Assembly (NCBI GenBank): GCA_043801585.1
Contig: JAZDLX010000191.1
Location: 1 to 18,150 of the forward strand
Reading direction: 5' to 3'
Source of the DNA: a bacterium
Lineage (GTDB): Bacteria; Electryoneota; Electryoneia; Electryoneales; Electryoneaceae
DNA length: 18,150 nt
Part shown: one piece after another, positions 1 to 8,525 of the stretch
Position numbering within the stretch: the first letter of the stretch is position 1
Layout: every line of letters begins with the position of its first letter
Translations under genes and position numbers: made by a program
Notes under the pieces: generated by a model
Seen by the model: only the letters and a program-made list of their open reading frames with translations
Database searches by the model: none
Told to the model about the DNA's origin: nothing

Positions 1-2099
1 GGCAGCTGGGGCGGGGTTTCCGAGGTGAGCATAACGACCCACTCTTCATCGGTGAGGCGGTTGGCGATCGGTTGTTCGAATTCATAATAGGAGAAGACAC
101 CGCCGACACAGATCGTCGGCACTCCCTCCACCGGGCAGATCACCGCGATGCGGAACGGATAACCTACACCCTCCTCAAGGCAGTTGTTCGAGTTGGAGTC
201 GGTATGTACATCCGCGACCACCGGCATCTCATCATGCGAAGCGAGGTCGGGACCTTCCCACCCCCAACCGAATTCCATCCCCTCGGTGAAATCGATCAGT
301 TCCCCGATCACATTGCCGAAGTTCGCGATGGTATAATACTCGTAGTCGGTGATCGTCTCGCCGTTCAGCTCCTTCTCAGCGATTGTCTTCAGGTCCACCA
401 GCAGTCCCTCGAGAGCGGTCAGCCGTGCCCCCATGTCGCCGGTGAGGATGCCGAGTCCGCCCAATCCCTCACGCATCAGCTTCGAGAGTGAGGCCAACCG
501 CGCGAAAACCCATGGATTGGGCTCGACGTACCCCTTGACCAAGTCATTCACAGGAGGAACGGATGTGTATTCCGTGGTACTCTGCTTGGCGTAAAGGATG
601 GTGTCGTGACGTAGCTCCGCCCAGGAGCCGAGGGCGGTGTTGATGTCCTTTCGCAACCAGGCGAGATTCTGCATGTACGGTGGATATCCCTCGCCGTGTT
701 CGACAAGCAGTGGCATCAGGCAGTAGAGCCAGTTCCAGTAAAGGTTCTCCGCCCACTGCTCATCCGGATATTCCGCCGCGAGGGTTTTCAGATCGGTGAG
801 TTGCTCGATGTAGTTCTCATAGTCCGTCTCGTCCATCTGATCGAGCAGGTTGTACGCCTCGCCGCTGTGCATCACCGCGAGCACATCCAGCGACTTCGGC
901 ATCATGCGTAATGGCACAAACGGAAAGACAAGCTGGTCGAGGAAGTAGGAATCGGGAATGAAACGCTGACCCATGAACCGCATCCCCTTGGGAGTGTTCG
1001 TGGTGATCTCGGGATCAGGGAAATAGTCGTCCGCCTGGTCGATGAAATCGAGCAGCGTCGTTTCGTCAAGGAACTGGTCCGTGGACAGAGTGCCGATGTC
1101 CGCGTCGAAATACAATTCCGCAAAGTCGATGAAATCCCGTGGCAGCAGGTCATCCGCCTTGCCGACGAAAAAGACCGTGGGGATGTAGATGTTGTTCCAG
1201 TGGGTCCAAAGTTTGCCCAGGGTCGGGTCGTTCTGCATCATGTGAACGAGCAGCAGCGCTGCCCCCGCCAGATCCGGTCTCGGTTCACTACTCACATAAC
1301 CTGCGTTGTAAAGGGTAAAGGTCTGTCGGCCATGCCACATCATCGCCTTGAAGTAGCGGCCCAGTTCGTCTGTTTTCGTGTAATGGCCGCGCGGCTTGTA
1401 CTGGCTGTAATCCTCGTTATAGGCGGCAAAAAGGGGTGACAGGGCGTATCCACCATGCGCCTCGATCAGATCCAGCTCATCTTCCACCACTGATGCAAGC
1501 GGTTCCGGGACGATAAAATCATCATCGAGGATCGACATCGGCACCGCAAAATACGCGGCGAGTACTCGGTAGACGTTCTTGGCGAAGGGATCAGATTCTG
1601 CTTCGTACATGTCATAAGCGCGCTGGAAAAGGGTCTGATCCATGGACTCGAGAAATCCGATGAAGTACTCCTCTTCCGCAGACATCAACGCCCGGTCGTA
1701 GAGCTTGTGGAAGGTGTGAAGCACCGCATCCGTGGTGACGAACTGCGGGATACTCATCTCACAGGCTTCGCCGTAGATGTCGTAGAGCTCGCGGTACCCT
1801 GTCATCTCTGGGCTCTGTCGGAGACCGGTGTAGAGGTCGGCTCGCTCGGGGATGACGGCAAAATGGTTGGCAACCATCAGCGCGAGTTGTGAATCGGTGA
1901 AGGTGAAATCTTCGATGTTCGCGACATCGCTCAGGTCAAGAGCGACGTCATAAGGCGCGATGCTCGGTGTGACATCAACAGCATAGGGCGTATACGTTCC
2001 GAAGTCGGTTTCCACCGGCTCTTGAATGTCTGCCAGAAACTGTGCGTGAACAGGTGTGGCCAACAGAAATGGCAGAAGCAACAGGATGCGAGTTTTCAT
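1..2099 (-). CDS. DUF3160 domain-containing secreted protein (3' end outside window, >699 aa)
   Basis: Not in the ORF track because no stop lies in the window. Manual translation from ATG 2099 gives signal peptide MKTRILLLLPFLLATPVHAQ, then in one frame FVTTDAVLHTFH, EDYSQYKPRGHYT, YFKAMMWHGR, FMGQRFIPDS, GSWAELRHDTILYAKQS, GYVEPNP, VVADVHTD, GGVFSYYEF and RLTDEEW, which I recognise as DUF3160 motifs. Confidence 0.9.
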   Translation of the reverse strand, partial: MKTRILLLLPFLLATPVHAQFLADIQEPVETDFGTYTPYAVDVTPSIAPYDVALDLSDVANIEDFTFTDSQLALMVANHFAVIPERADLYTGLRQSPEMTGYRELYDIYGEACEMSIPQFVTTDAVLHTFHKLYDRALMSAEEEYFIGFLESMDQTLFQRAYDMYEAESDPFAKNVYRVLAAYFAVPMSILDDDFIVPEPLASVVEDELDLIEAHGGYALSPLFAAYNEDYSQYKPRGHYTKTDELGRYFKAMMWHGRQTFTLYNAGYVSSEPRPDLAGAALLLVHMMQNDPTLGKLWTHWNNIYIPTVFFVGKADDLLPRDFIDFAELYFDADIGTLSTDQFLDETTLLDFIDQADDYFPDPEITTNTPKGMRFMGQRFIPDSYFLDQLVFPFVPLRMMPKSLDVLAVMHSGEAYNLLDQMDETDYENYIEQLTDLKTLAAEYPDEQWAENLYWNWLYCLMPLLVEHGEGYPPYMQNLAWLRKDINTALGSWAELRHDTILYAKQSTTEYTSVPPVNDLVKGYVEPNPWVFARLASLSKLMREGLGGLGILTGDMGARLTALEGLLVDLKTIAEKELNGETITDYEYYTIANFGNVIGELIDFTEGMEFGWGWEGPDLASHDEMPVVADVHTDSNSNNCLEEGVGYPFRIAVICPVEGVPTICVGGVFSYYEFEQPIANRLTDEEWVVMLTSETPPQL

Positions 2100-2412
2100 T
2101 GCCCCCCCCGGTGTTTGTGATATTTCATTACAAGCTAACACTGTTTCATTTTCGCAAGCAATCGGCTGTGAACTCCAGGGAAACTCCGGTGTTTTTCCTT
2201 CGTTCTTGTCTTCCCGGCATTTAGGCCGGAAAAGGGTCTCCTCCATGGACGAGGGCAGCATGGGAGCCTGGCTCATCCTTTGAAAGAAATGCTTCACCTG
2301 CTTCCCGTGGTCTCCACGTTCGCCTGCCATCGAAGGCTATTTCAATCACGCATGTCCTCGATCCACCGGCGGATCAATTCCTATCACAACCTTCTCAATT
2401 CACCCCTCCATG

Positions 2413-2442
2413 CTGACTCGTACCGTATCATCGGCGTATCTT
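2413..2442 (+). promoter_or_regulatory. Candidate sigma70-type promoter, possibly leaderless, for the radical SAM gene
   Basis: CTGACT-18 nt-TATCTT ends 5 nt before ATG 2448; no Shine-Dalgarno sequence. Confidence 0.35.
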
Positions 2443-2447
2443 TTACC

Positions 2448-3350
2448 ATGCATTTGAGCGAACTGCATCTGCTTCTTTCCTACACCTGCACCTACGAGTG
2501 CGACCATTGCTTCGTCCACTCCTCTCCCGAGGCGTCAGGGACGATGACGATGGCGCAGGTGTGCGACGCGATCACCCAGGCGGCGGGGATCGACACGGTC
2601 ACCGGCGTTGCGTTCGAGGGAGGGGAGCCGTTCCTCTTCTATCCCATCCTGCTTGCCGGAGTCCGTCACGCACGGAAACTCGGATTGAACGTTTCCGTCG
2701 TCTCCAACGGATATTACGGCATCAGCGTAGAGGACGCCGTGGAGTGGTTGCGGCCGCTGGCGAAGTCCAATGTGTCGCTGTCGCTGAGCGACGACGATTT
2801 CCACAATCCGGACGGTGATGCGGACAGCCCAGCGGCGCATGTTCTGACAGCGGCAAGACAGCTCGGGATGAACGTTGACACTCTCTGCATCGAATTCGAC
2901 CCGAAGGAGATGAAGAACCACGTTCGCGGGAAACCGATTCTTGGCGGCGGTGTGCGTCTCCGGGGACGAGCCGCTGAAAAGCTGATTGATGACCGGCTGC
3001 CACGACAACCGTGGGATTCCTTCGACGAGTGCCCCGATGAGGACTTTGTCGATCTTGGACGTGTGCACCTGGACCCCTACGGCAACCTGTACACCTGCCA
3101 GGGAGTCGTCATCGGCAATCTCAATGAGGCGCCGCTCGATGTGATCCTGAAGGAGTACGACCCCGACTCACAACCGGTGATCGGACCCCTGCTCCGTGGC
3201 GGTCCCGCCGCGCTGGTGCGTGCCTTCGATCTTCCGCTGAAGGGGGAGTACGTGGATGCCTGCCACCTCTGTTATCTCGCCCGGCAGATGCTGCGTCAGC
3301 AGTTTCCGGACCACCTCGCCCCCGCGCAGGTGTATGGGCAAACGGAATAA
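2448..3350 (+). CDS. Radical SAM protein with C-terminal Cys-containing (SPASM/twitch-like) region, ~300 aa
   Basis: CxxxCxxC motif CTYECDHC; GGEP motif; VSNG; C-terminal HLDPYGNLYTCQG and DACHLC. Start moved from 2280 to ATG 2448 so the Cys motif sits ~14 aa from the N-terminus, as is typical. Confidence 0.9.
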   Translation: MHLSELHLLLSYTCTYECDHCFVHSSPEASGTMTMAQVCDAITQAAGIDTVTGVAFEGGEPFLFYPILLAGVRHARKLGLNVSVVSNGYYGISVEDAVEWLRPLAKSNVSLSLSDDDFHNPDGDADSPAAHVLTAARQLGMNVDTLCIEFDPKEMKNHVRGKPILGGGVRLRGRAAEKLIDDRLPRQPWDSFDECPDEDFVDLGRVHLDPYGNLYTCQGVVIGNLNEAPLDVILKEYDPDSQPVIGPLLRGGPAALVRAFDLPLKGEYVDACHLCYLARQMLRQQFPDHLAPAQVYGQTE

Positions 3351-3470
3351 ACCCGGCCATCAAACCTCCGGCAGGCGGATGGGTCTTGCCGGGCCACCGT
3401 CCTATGTTCCGTCAGGTCCTTAACGCCCTTCCGCCGCATGGCGGACTGCGGTGACCTGACGGGAATATGG
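3351..3470. repeat. Two adjacent REP-like palindromes between convergent genes
   Basis: ACCCGGC...GCCGGGCCACC (3351-3398) and TGTTCCGTCAGGTC...GACCTGACGGGAA (3405-3465) with an internal TCCGCC-gcat-GGCGGA hairpin. Both resemble elements at 16347-16455 and 17226-17333. Confidence 0.7.
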
Positions 3471-3538
3471 CAGACTCCATCAGTCCGCCGACTGATTCAC
3501 AACCTGTCACAACGAAAAAATCGCTGAAAACTCACGGA

Positions 3539-3835
3539 CTATTTGAAGGGTTCCAGTTCCACGACCGTCGCCCCCCAACCGCTACTGTCGCCCGTCGCAA
3601 GTCTAAACTCGCGGACATAGTCGATACGGCTGAGAATCGAGTGCACGGTTTCACGCAGGGCGCCAGTTCCCTTGCCGTGGATGATCCGCACCGAGAGGAT
3701 GCCCTGCGCACGGCATTCAGCGAGGTAGTCTGGGACGAGTTCCTTGACTTCGCGGGGATGAAACGTATGGAGATCGAGCACGCCGTCAATGGGCAGTTCG
3801 ACGAAATCGGAAGATTCCACGGGGGTGTCGTCCAT
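3539..3835 (-). CDS. Stand-alone Smr/MutS2 C-terminal domain protein, 98 aa
   Basis: LPIDGVLDLHTF, VRIIHGKGTGALR and GWGATVVEL are Smr-domain motifs; start ATG 3835. Confidence 0.92.
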   Translation of the reverse strand: MDDTPVESSDFVELPIDGVLDLHTFHPREVKELVPDYLAECRAQGILSVRIIHGKGTGALRETVHSILSRIDYVREFRLATGDSSGWGATVVELEPFK

Positions 3836-3891
3836 ACCTGCCAAGGTAGCGCAGTTGTGCGCAACAGGAAAGTGAACCGCAATCCTTCCGA

Positions 3892-4398
3892 TCAAGGGCG
3901 AGATTTCTGGGTCACCGCCGACCGTTGATACTGAACCACCTTCCAGCCGTCACTGCGCCTTTCAAAAACCATCGACTCGAGATAATGCTGGTTGTGTACC
4001 CCGGCAGGTGTGTCAAAACTGATGGTGATGCTGGCCTCGGCCCAGGCGACTATCGGTGTCACATGCAATAGCCAGTGGTCGCGATTGAACGAGGGATTCA
4101 TATCCGCTTTCTCAGTTCGCTGAAATTGTTGACGAACGGCTTGTTCGATCAACGGTTTTCCGGCAAGCAACTGCTCCGTCGGCCATCCGAGAAATACGGC
4201 ATCCTTGTCGATCACCGCCAGGTAACCGTCGAGATCATGATCGCACCAGTCATGGCACCAATTGAGGTAGAGTGTGTCGAGGTCCGCTCTCGCGGCGACG
4301 ATGTCACGCGCATTGTAGGTGGTTTGTCCGCAACCGTACGTCAGCAGGAGGAGAAAGACAGGGAGCGTGACGATGGGGAAAATTCTCGATCTTTCCAT
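3892..4398 (-). CDS. NTF2-like/SnoaL-fold lipoprotein, 168 aa
   Basis: GGAGGT SD before ATG 4398; hydrophobic signal with lipobox LTYG-C; DLDGYLAVIDKDAVFLG and terminal SMVFERRSDGWKVVQYQRS typical of SnoaL/DUF4440 folds. Confidence 0.8.
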   Translation of the reverse strand: MERSRIFPIVTLPVFLLLLTYGCGQTTYNARDIVAARADLDTLYLNWCHDWCDHDLDGYLAVIDKDAVFLGWPTEQLLAGKPLIEQAVRQQFQRTEKADMNPSFNRDHWLLHVTPIVAWAEASITISFDTPAGVHNQHYLESMVFERRSDGWKVVQYQRSAVTQKSRP

Positions 4399-4523
4399 GG
4401 TACCTCCCGGACAGTTTGCGGTATAAAGGCAGTGTTGCAGTGTTTGCTTCCTTTGAACGCTTCCGGGGGAGGCGGTATTTGAAAGTAGCCAAAATCTCCA
4501 TGGGTTGGACACGGACAGGCGAG

Positions 4524-4552
4524 AAAAACGCCGGACATCTCCGCCCCGGCGT
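4524..4552 (-). terminator. Rho-independent terminator after the DUF1761 gene
   Basis: Minus strand ACGCCGG-11 nt-CCGGCGT followed by TTTT, ~20 nt after the TGA at 4575. Confidence 0.6.
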
Positions 4553-4574
4553 ATTTATTCAACGATCGATTCCG

Positions 4575-4997
4575 TCAAACCCACACAGCAAGGATAACGC
4601 CTGCGAGGATCATCTAGACGAGATAGAAGCCGACGTTGATGAAATAGAATTTCCAGGGCCTACGTTCGTAGATCACGCTGATAACGCCGTAGGTGGCGAT
4701 CATCCCAAACCACTGCCAGAACGAGCCTTCTGCACCGGCTGCCGCTCCAGCCATGCCGTAGGCGTCCTTCCACGCCGCGAGATTATGAGCCAACACATAC
4801 GCGAAAATCACTGAGGCAATGAATTGGATGACAAAGGCACGGATCATCACGCCCTTGGTCGCCTCGTCAACATTGCCCAGCATTTTCGCATAAGCTTTGC
4901 CAAACAGGAGACCGTACCAGAAAAAACCGAGTACCAAATTCAGCACGCCCGCAATGAGGACGGCCCAACCATTGACCACAGGCCCTGTCGCTTCCAT
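4575..4997 (-). CDS. DUF1761-family membrane protein interrupted by in-frame TAG at 4614-4616 (127 aa to TAG; 140 codons to TGA)
   Basis: N-terminal VNGWAVLIAG...LGFFWYGLLFGKAY and late IYERRPWKFYFINVGFYLV are DUF1761-like. The frame continues after TAG as MILAGVILAVWV-TGA. SD AAAGGA before ATG 4997. Confidence 0.8.
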
Positions 4998-5143
4998 GCT
5001 CATCCTTTCATGATGTGTTTGCCAAATGTCACCGGCCACGACAAAAGTTAAGGTTTCCTAACTAAGCGTGCCACGTTTCGGCAGAAAAAACACAACATGT
5101 CATGAGCCTACTTCAAGATCCGAAGGACTCGGTGCCGTGGACA

Positions 5144-6901
5144 TTACTGCGAGTCGGCTACGATCCCCGAAACCTGCTCCTGTCGAATGGTTCGAAACCT
5201 CTTCACCCCCTCGACGATCATCAGGATTTCGATCAGTAACAATACGGCACCGATGATAAACAGATGGATGCGACCTGTCACGAGGTAGTCGTCCAGGTTC
5301 AGCGCCAGAGCCCAGACGGTAATGATGACCATCAACACAGCCGGAATCGCCGTCACCAGGTAAGGTGCACGTCGAAGTTCGAGGTAGAGTGTGACCACGA
5401 TCAGGGCGAGCGCGGCAACGAGCTGGTTGGAGGCGCCGAACAGGGGCCACAGCAGCAACCCACCTTTTCCGAATACAAGCACTCCCGAGGGATCGCGCAT
5501 GGGGACCAGCGCGAGCAGCGCCGCACTCCCCGTCGCGAGCAGGGTTGCCGACCACCGTCCGTGGAAAACCGGGATCCGGTACTCGGCGGCAAGTTCGCTG
5601 ACGATATACCGTTGCAGACGCATTGCGGTGTCGAGACTCGTCCCGGCGAAGGAGACGACAAACATGCCCATCAGAGCAATCGCCACATTGGCGGGAATCC
5701 CCAGTGCGCCGAGCAGGTTGGCCGATCCTTGCACGAAGGCGCCCACTTTTGCCCCCAGCCCCTGAGCCGCACCCCAGCTTGCGTAATGGTGAAGAAACGC
5801 CTCACGTCCGGCGAGAACGTGAATCCCTCCGCCTTCCCCAATCACCTGGTATCCGAGCCCGATCCCGGCGCCCACGGCGACCAGCACCAGCACCGCCAGG
5901 AACCCTTCAAGGAGCATCGAACCGTAGCCGATGAACTGGGCGTCCCGTTCGTTCGCCAGTTGCTTGGAGGAGGTACCTGAGGCGACGAGGCTGTGAAAGC
6001 CGCTGATCGCTCCGCAGGCAACCGTGATGAACAGAATCGGCAGCAGCGGCGGAGCCCCGGCGGGTGCAGGCTGGACAGCATCGGCGACCAGCTCCGGGCG
6101 GGCAATGAACACCCCCAGCGTCAGCAGCGCCATCGCCACCATCAACTGGTAGCCGTTGATGTAGTCGCGAGGTTGCAGCAAGGTCCACACCGGCAGAATG
6201 GATGCAACAAAAGCGTAAACGAAAAGCAGGATCAGCCAGATCATCAAAGGGGAAATGCCAAGCAGTGCGGGCATTTGCAGCGGGAGCCACGCACCCGCCA
6301 CGACGGTCAGGTACATCAGAAAAACCGCGGCGATTGTCCACAGCAGCGGTTTGGCGTGCCGGCGGTAGAAAAGAAATCCAAGCCCGACGGCAATCGGGAT
6401 TTGCATCCAGACGGGGAACACCGCCTGCGGATAAAGCTCGAAGATATTGGCGATAACAAGGACGAACACCGCAAGCATAATCATCAACGCGATGAAGACG
6501 AGGATCATCAGCATCAGCATCGCACGCCGTCCAATGATACCGGCGGCAACATCCGCAATGCTCCGGCCCTGGTTTCGGGTCGAGACGACGAGCGCGCCGA
6601 AGTCGTGCACCGCGCCCATCAGGACACTGCCGAAAAGCACCCAGAGCAGCGCCGGCAACCACCCCCAGATGACCGCAATTGCCGGACCGACGATCGGGCC
6701 TGTTCCCGCGATGGAGGTGTAATGGTGGCCGAAGAGGATGCCCCGGCGCGTCGGCAGGTAATCGTTGTCGTCACGAAGTTCGTTGGCGGGAGTCACCCTC
6801 GCGGGGTCGATGCGGAAAACCTTACGGGCGAGCCAGCGGCCATAGGTGAAATAGGCGACCACGTAAAAAACCGCCGCACCCAACACGATCAAAACAGTCA
6901 T
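5144..6901 (-). CDS. cstA: Carbon starvation protein A family transporter (peptide/pyruvate uptake)
   Basis: TPANELRDDNDYLP, LFGHHYTSIAGTGPIVGP, GAVHDFGAL, LLQPRDYIN, ITVACGAISGFHSLVASGTSSKQL and LWPLFGASNQL motifs; many transmembrane segments; GGGAG SD. Confidence 0.95.
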   Translation of the reverse strand: MTVLIVLGAAVFYVVAYFTYGRWLARKVFRIDPARVTPANELRDDNDYLPTRRGILFGHHYTSIAGTGPIVGPAIAVIWGWLPALLWVLFGSVLMGAVHDFGALVVSTRNQGRSIADVAAGIIGRRAMLMLMILVFIALMIMLAVFVLVIANIFELYPQAVFPVWMQIPIAVGLGFLFYRRHAKPLLWTIAAVFLMYLTVVAGAWLPLQMPALLGISPLMIWLILLFVYAFVASILPVWTLLQPRDYINGYQLMVAMALLTLGVFIARPELVADAVQPAPAGAPPLLPILFITVACGAISGFHSLVASGTSSKQLANERDAQFIGYGSMLLEGFLAVLVLVAVGAGIGLGYQVIGEGGGIHVLAGREAFLHHYASWGAAQGLGAKVGAFVQGSANLLGALGIPANVAIALMGMFVVSFAGTSLDTAMRLQRYIVSELAAEYRIPVFHGRWSATLLATGSAALLALVPMRDPSGVLVFGKGGLLLWPLFGASNQLVAALALIVVTLYLELRRAPYLVTAIPAVLMVIITVWALALNLDDYLVTGRIHLFIIGAVLLLIEILMIVEGVKRFRTIRQEQVSGIVADSQ

Positions 6902-7124
6902 GGCGTCTCCCAGTCAATCGGAGTCCGTGGAAATATAAGCCAACAGCATCGCAGCTCCGGAGAAATGCCCCGTTGAAGTGATGTGTGGTCCGGACTCAGC
7001 TATGCAAGGGGATTCTGATGATGGAAAAGGAAGCCTGGAAAAGGAATGGTTAATGCCATGTTCATTAGTTTGTCTTCGATTTTCCAAAACGCGAGTGGAA
7101 AAAATACTTGCCACTTCTTCTTTG

Positions 7125-7862
7125 TTACTGCTCGACTGTCCCTAACTGGCGGATTTCCTGGGAAGAGAGCTTGCGCCAATGGCCCGGTTTGAGGTTGCCC
7201 AGGTGCACTGGACCGATGCGCACCCGGATCAGTTCGCGGACGACGAGTCCAACCGATTCCGCAACCCGCCGGATGTGGCGATTGCGTCCCTCCTTGAGGA
7301 CAATGCGCACGTAGGACCCCTCCGGAACCGCCGATACCATCCCGAAATCGCGTCCATCCTCGTGGAATGTGGCTCCGCTGATCTTCTTTGCTGCGGGGGT
7401 CGAGCGTTCTCCCTTGAAGCGAACGAGGTACTCTTTCTGCTTTTCATGGCGGGGGTGCATCACGTGATTGGCCCAGTCACCGTCGGTTGTCAGCAGCAGC
7501 AGGCCTGTGGAATCGCGGTCGAGACGACCCGCCGTGAACAGTCGCCGCTCGTGGGGAAGCAGTTTCTCGAGGGTTTCCCCCTTCTCCTTGCTCTTGCTGA
7601 AGGTGGAAAGAAATCCCGTCGGCTTGTGCAGAGCGATGTAAAGGTGTCCTTTCGCCTCCGGCAAGGGCTGGTTGTCAACGAGCACCTCGTCAACCGCCGG
7701 ATCGACGTTGATCGCCGGATCGATGTGAATCTTGCCATTCAGGCGGACGCGGCCGTTCACGATCATCCGCTCCGCCTCACGGCGGCTGGAAACGCCCCTG
7801 CTGGCGATCAGGTGGGCGATGCGGAGGGAACCGCCCGGCTTCTTTTGCGAAGAATTGTTCAC
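7125..7862 (-). CDS. rRNA pseudouridine synthase, RsuA/RluB/RluF family (S4 + catalytic domain), ~245 aa
   Basis: S4 domain RIAHLIASRGVSSRREAERMI; HKPTG; catalytic GRLDRDSTGLLLLTTDG; HPR..KEY; EGRNRHIRR; LIRVRIG. Start GTG 7862 inferred. Confidence 0.92.
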   Translation of the reverse strand: MNNSSQKKPGGSLRIAHLIASRGVSSRREAERMIVNGRVRLNGKIHIDPAINVDPAVDEVLVDNQPLPEAKGHLYIALHKPTGFLSTFSKSKEKGETLEKLLPHERRLFTAGRLDRDSTGLLLLTTDGDWANHVMHPRHEKQKEYLVRFKGERSTPAAKKISGATFHEDGRDFGMVSAVPEGSYVRIVLKEGRNRHIRRVAESVGLVVRELIRVRIGPVHLGNLKPGHWRKLSSQEIRQLGTVEQ

Positions 7863-7989
7863 GGCGGCAAGATACGGTGGAAGCGGCCCCACCGCACGGT
7901 TTGCGATACGTGTATGCTCGTGATTCCACCTAAAAGTTACAGCCGGACAGGCATTTCGGGCTGCACAACCATCCAATCGATACAAAATG

Positions 7990-8298
7990 TGTCATCCTGA
8001 AACCGCGTCAACGGGGGAGGGGTCTCTCGGTGTGAGGACTCACAAGGATCAGCTGCTCGCAACGAGAGATGCTTCATGCCGAAGGGTCGGCATTCAGCAT
8101 GACAAAACGCCGGGTTCGGAGAATCCGGCCTGCACGTCTGGCGATGAAAAAAGTGTCATCCTGACACCGCGATAGCGGGGGAAGGATCTCTCGACGTGAG
8201 GACTCACAAGGATCAGCTGCTCGCAACGAGAGATGCTTCATGCCGAAGGGCCGGCATTCAGCATGACAAAACGCCGGGTTCGAGGACCCCGGCCTACA
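7990..8298. repeat. Tandem direct repeat (2 x 145 bp, period 164 bp) of a composite palindromic element
   Basis: Copies 7990-8134 and 8154-8298. Each is TGTCATCCTGA...TCAGCATGACA (115-bp element with inverted ends) plus a GCCGGG...CCGGCCTRCA hairpin (GTAG/GCAG-tagged on the minus strand). Confidence 0.9.
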
Positions 8299-8310
8299 AG
8301 ACTTTTGCGG

Positions 8311-8349
8311 ATGGGTGGCCCGGGTGGCTGGACCACCCGGGTTTCATTG
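8311..8349 (+). repeat. GGGTGG-tagged REP-like hairpin
   Basis: ATGGGTGGCCCGGGTGGCTGGACCACCCGGGTTTCATTG; near-identical in reverse complement to 17294-17333. Confidence 0.8.
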
Positions 8350-8464
8350 GGAAGTGGTGGGTCTCCGCTTCGTTAAAGATCCGCCACAACCAAGTGAAGA
8401 GGCCCAGCTGATGAGCAGCCGGGCCACACATCGAAGACCCCGATTCACCTATTTTCAACAACAA

Positions 8465-8492
8465 CGAAGGATCGGCCTGCGCCGATCCTTCG
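8465..8492 (-). terminator. Perfect 12-bp hairpin downstream of the SPFH gene, candidate terminator
   Basis: CGAAGGATCGGC-ctgc-GCCGATCCTTCG followed on the minus strand by TTGTTGTT; ~35 nt after stop 8526. Confidence 0.5.
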
Positions 8493-8525
8493 CTCATTCA
8501 ATTCGTTCTGTTCGCTGTGACAGGT

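Noticed and set aside
72..2283. Short ORFs listed over the left 2.2 kb
   Set aside because: Shadow frames of the minus-strand DUF3160 gene or its upstream region.
5058..5073. Sigma54 promoter (minus strand TGGCACG) upstream of the DUF1761 gene
   Set aside because: The -12 TTGC element is absent (TGGCACGCTTAGTTAG).
7990..8298. Possible CRISPR array
   Set aside because: Only two long units, the inner segment is identical rather than a unique spacer, and there are no cas genes.
7987..8411. Paralogous small ORFs sharing RTHKDQLLATRDASCRR
   Set aside because: The shared peptide is just the translation of the DNA repeat; no SD and no independent coding signal.
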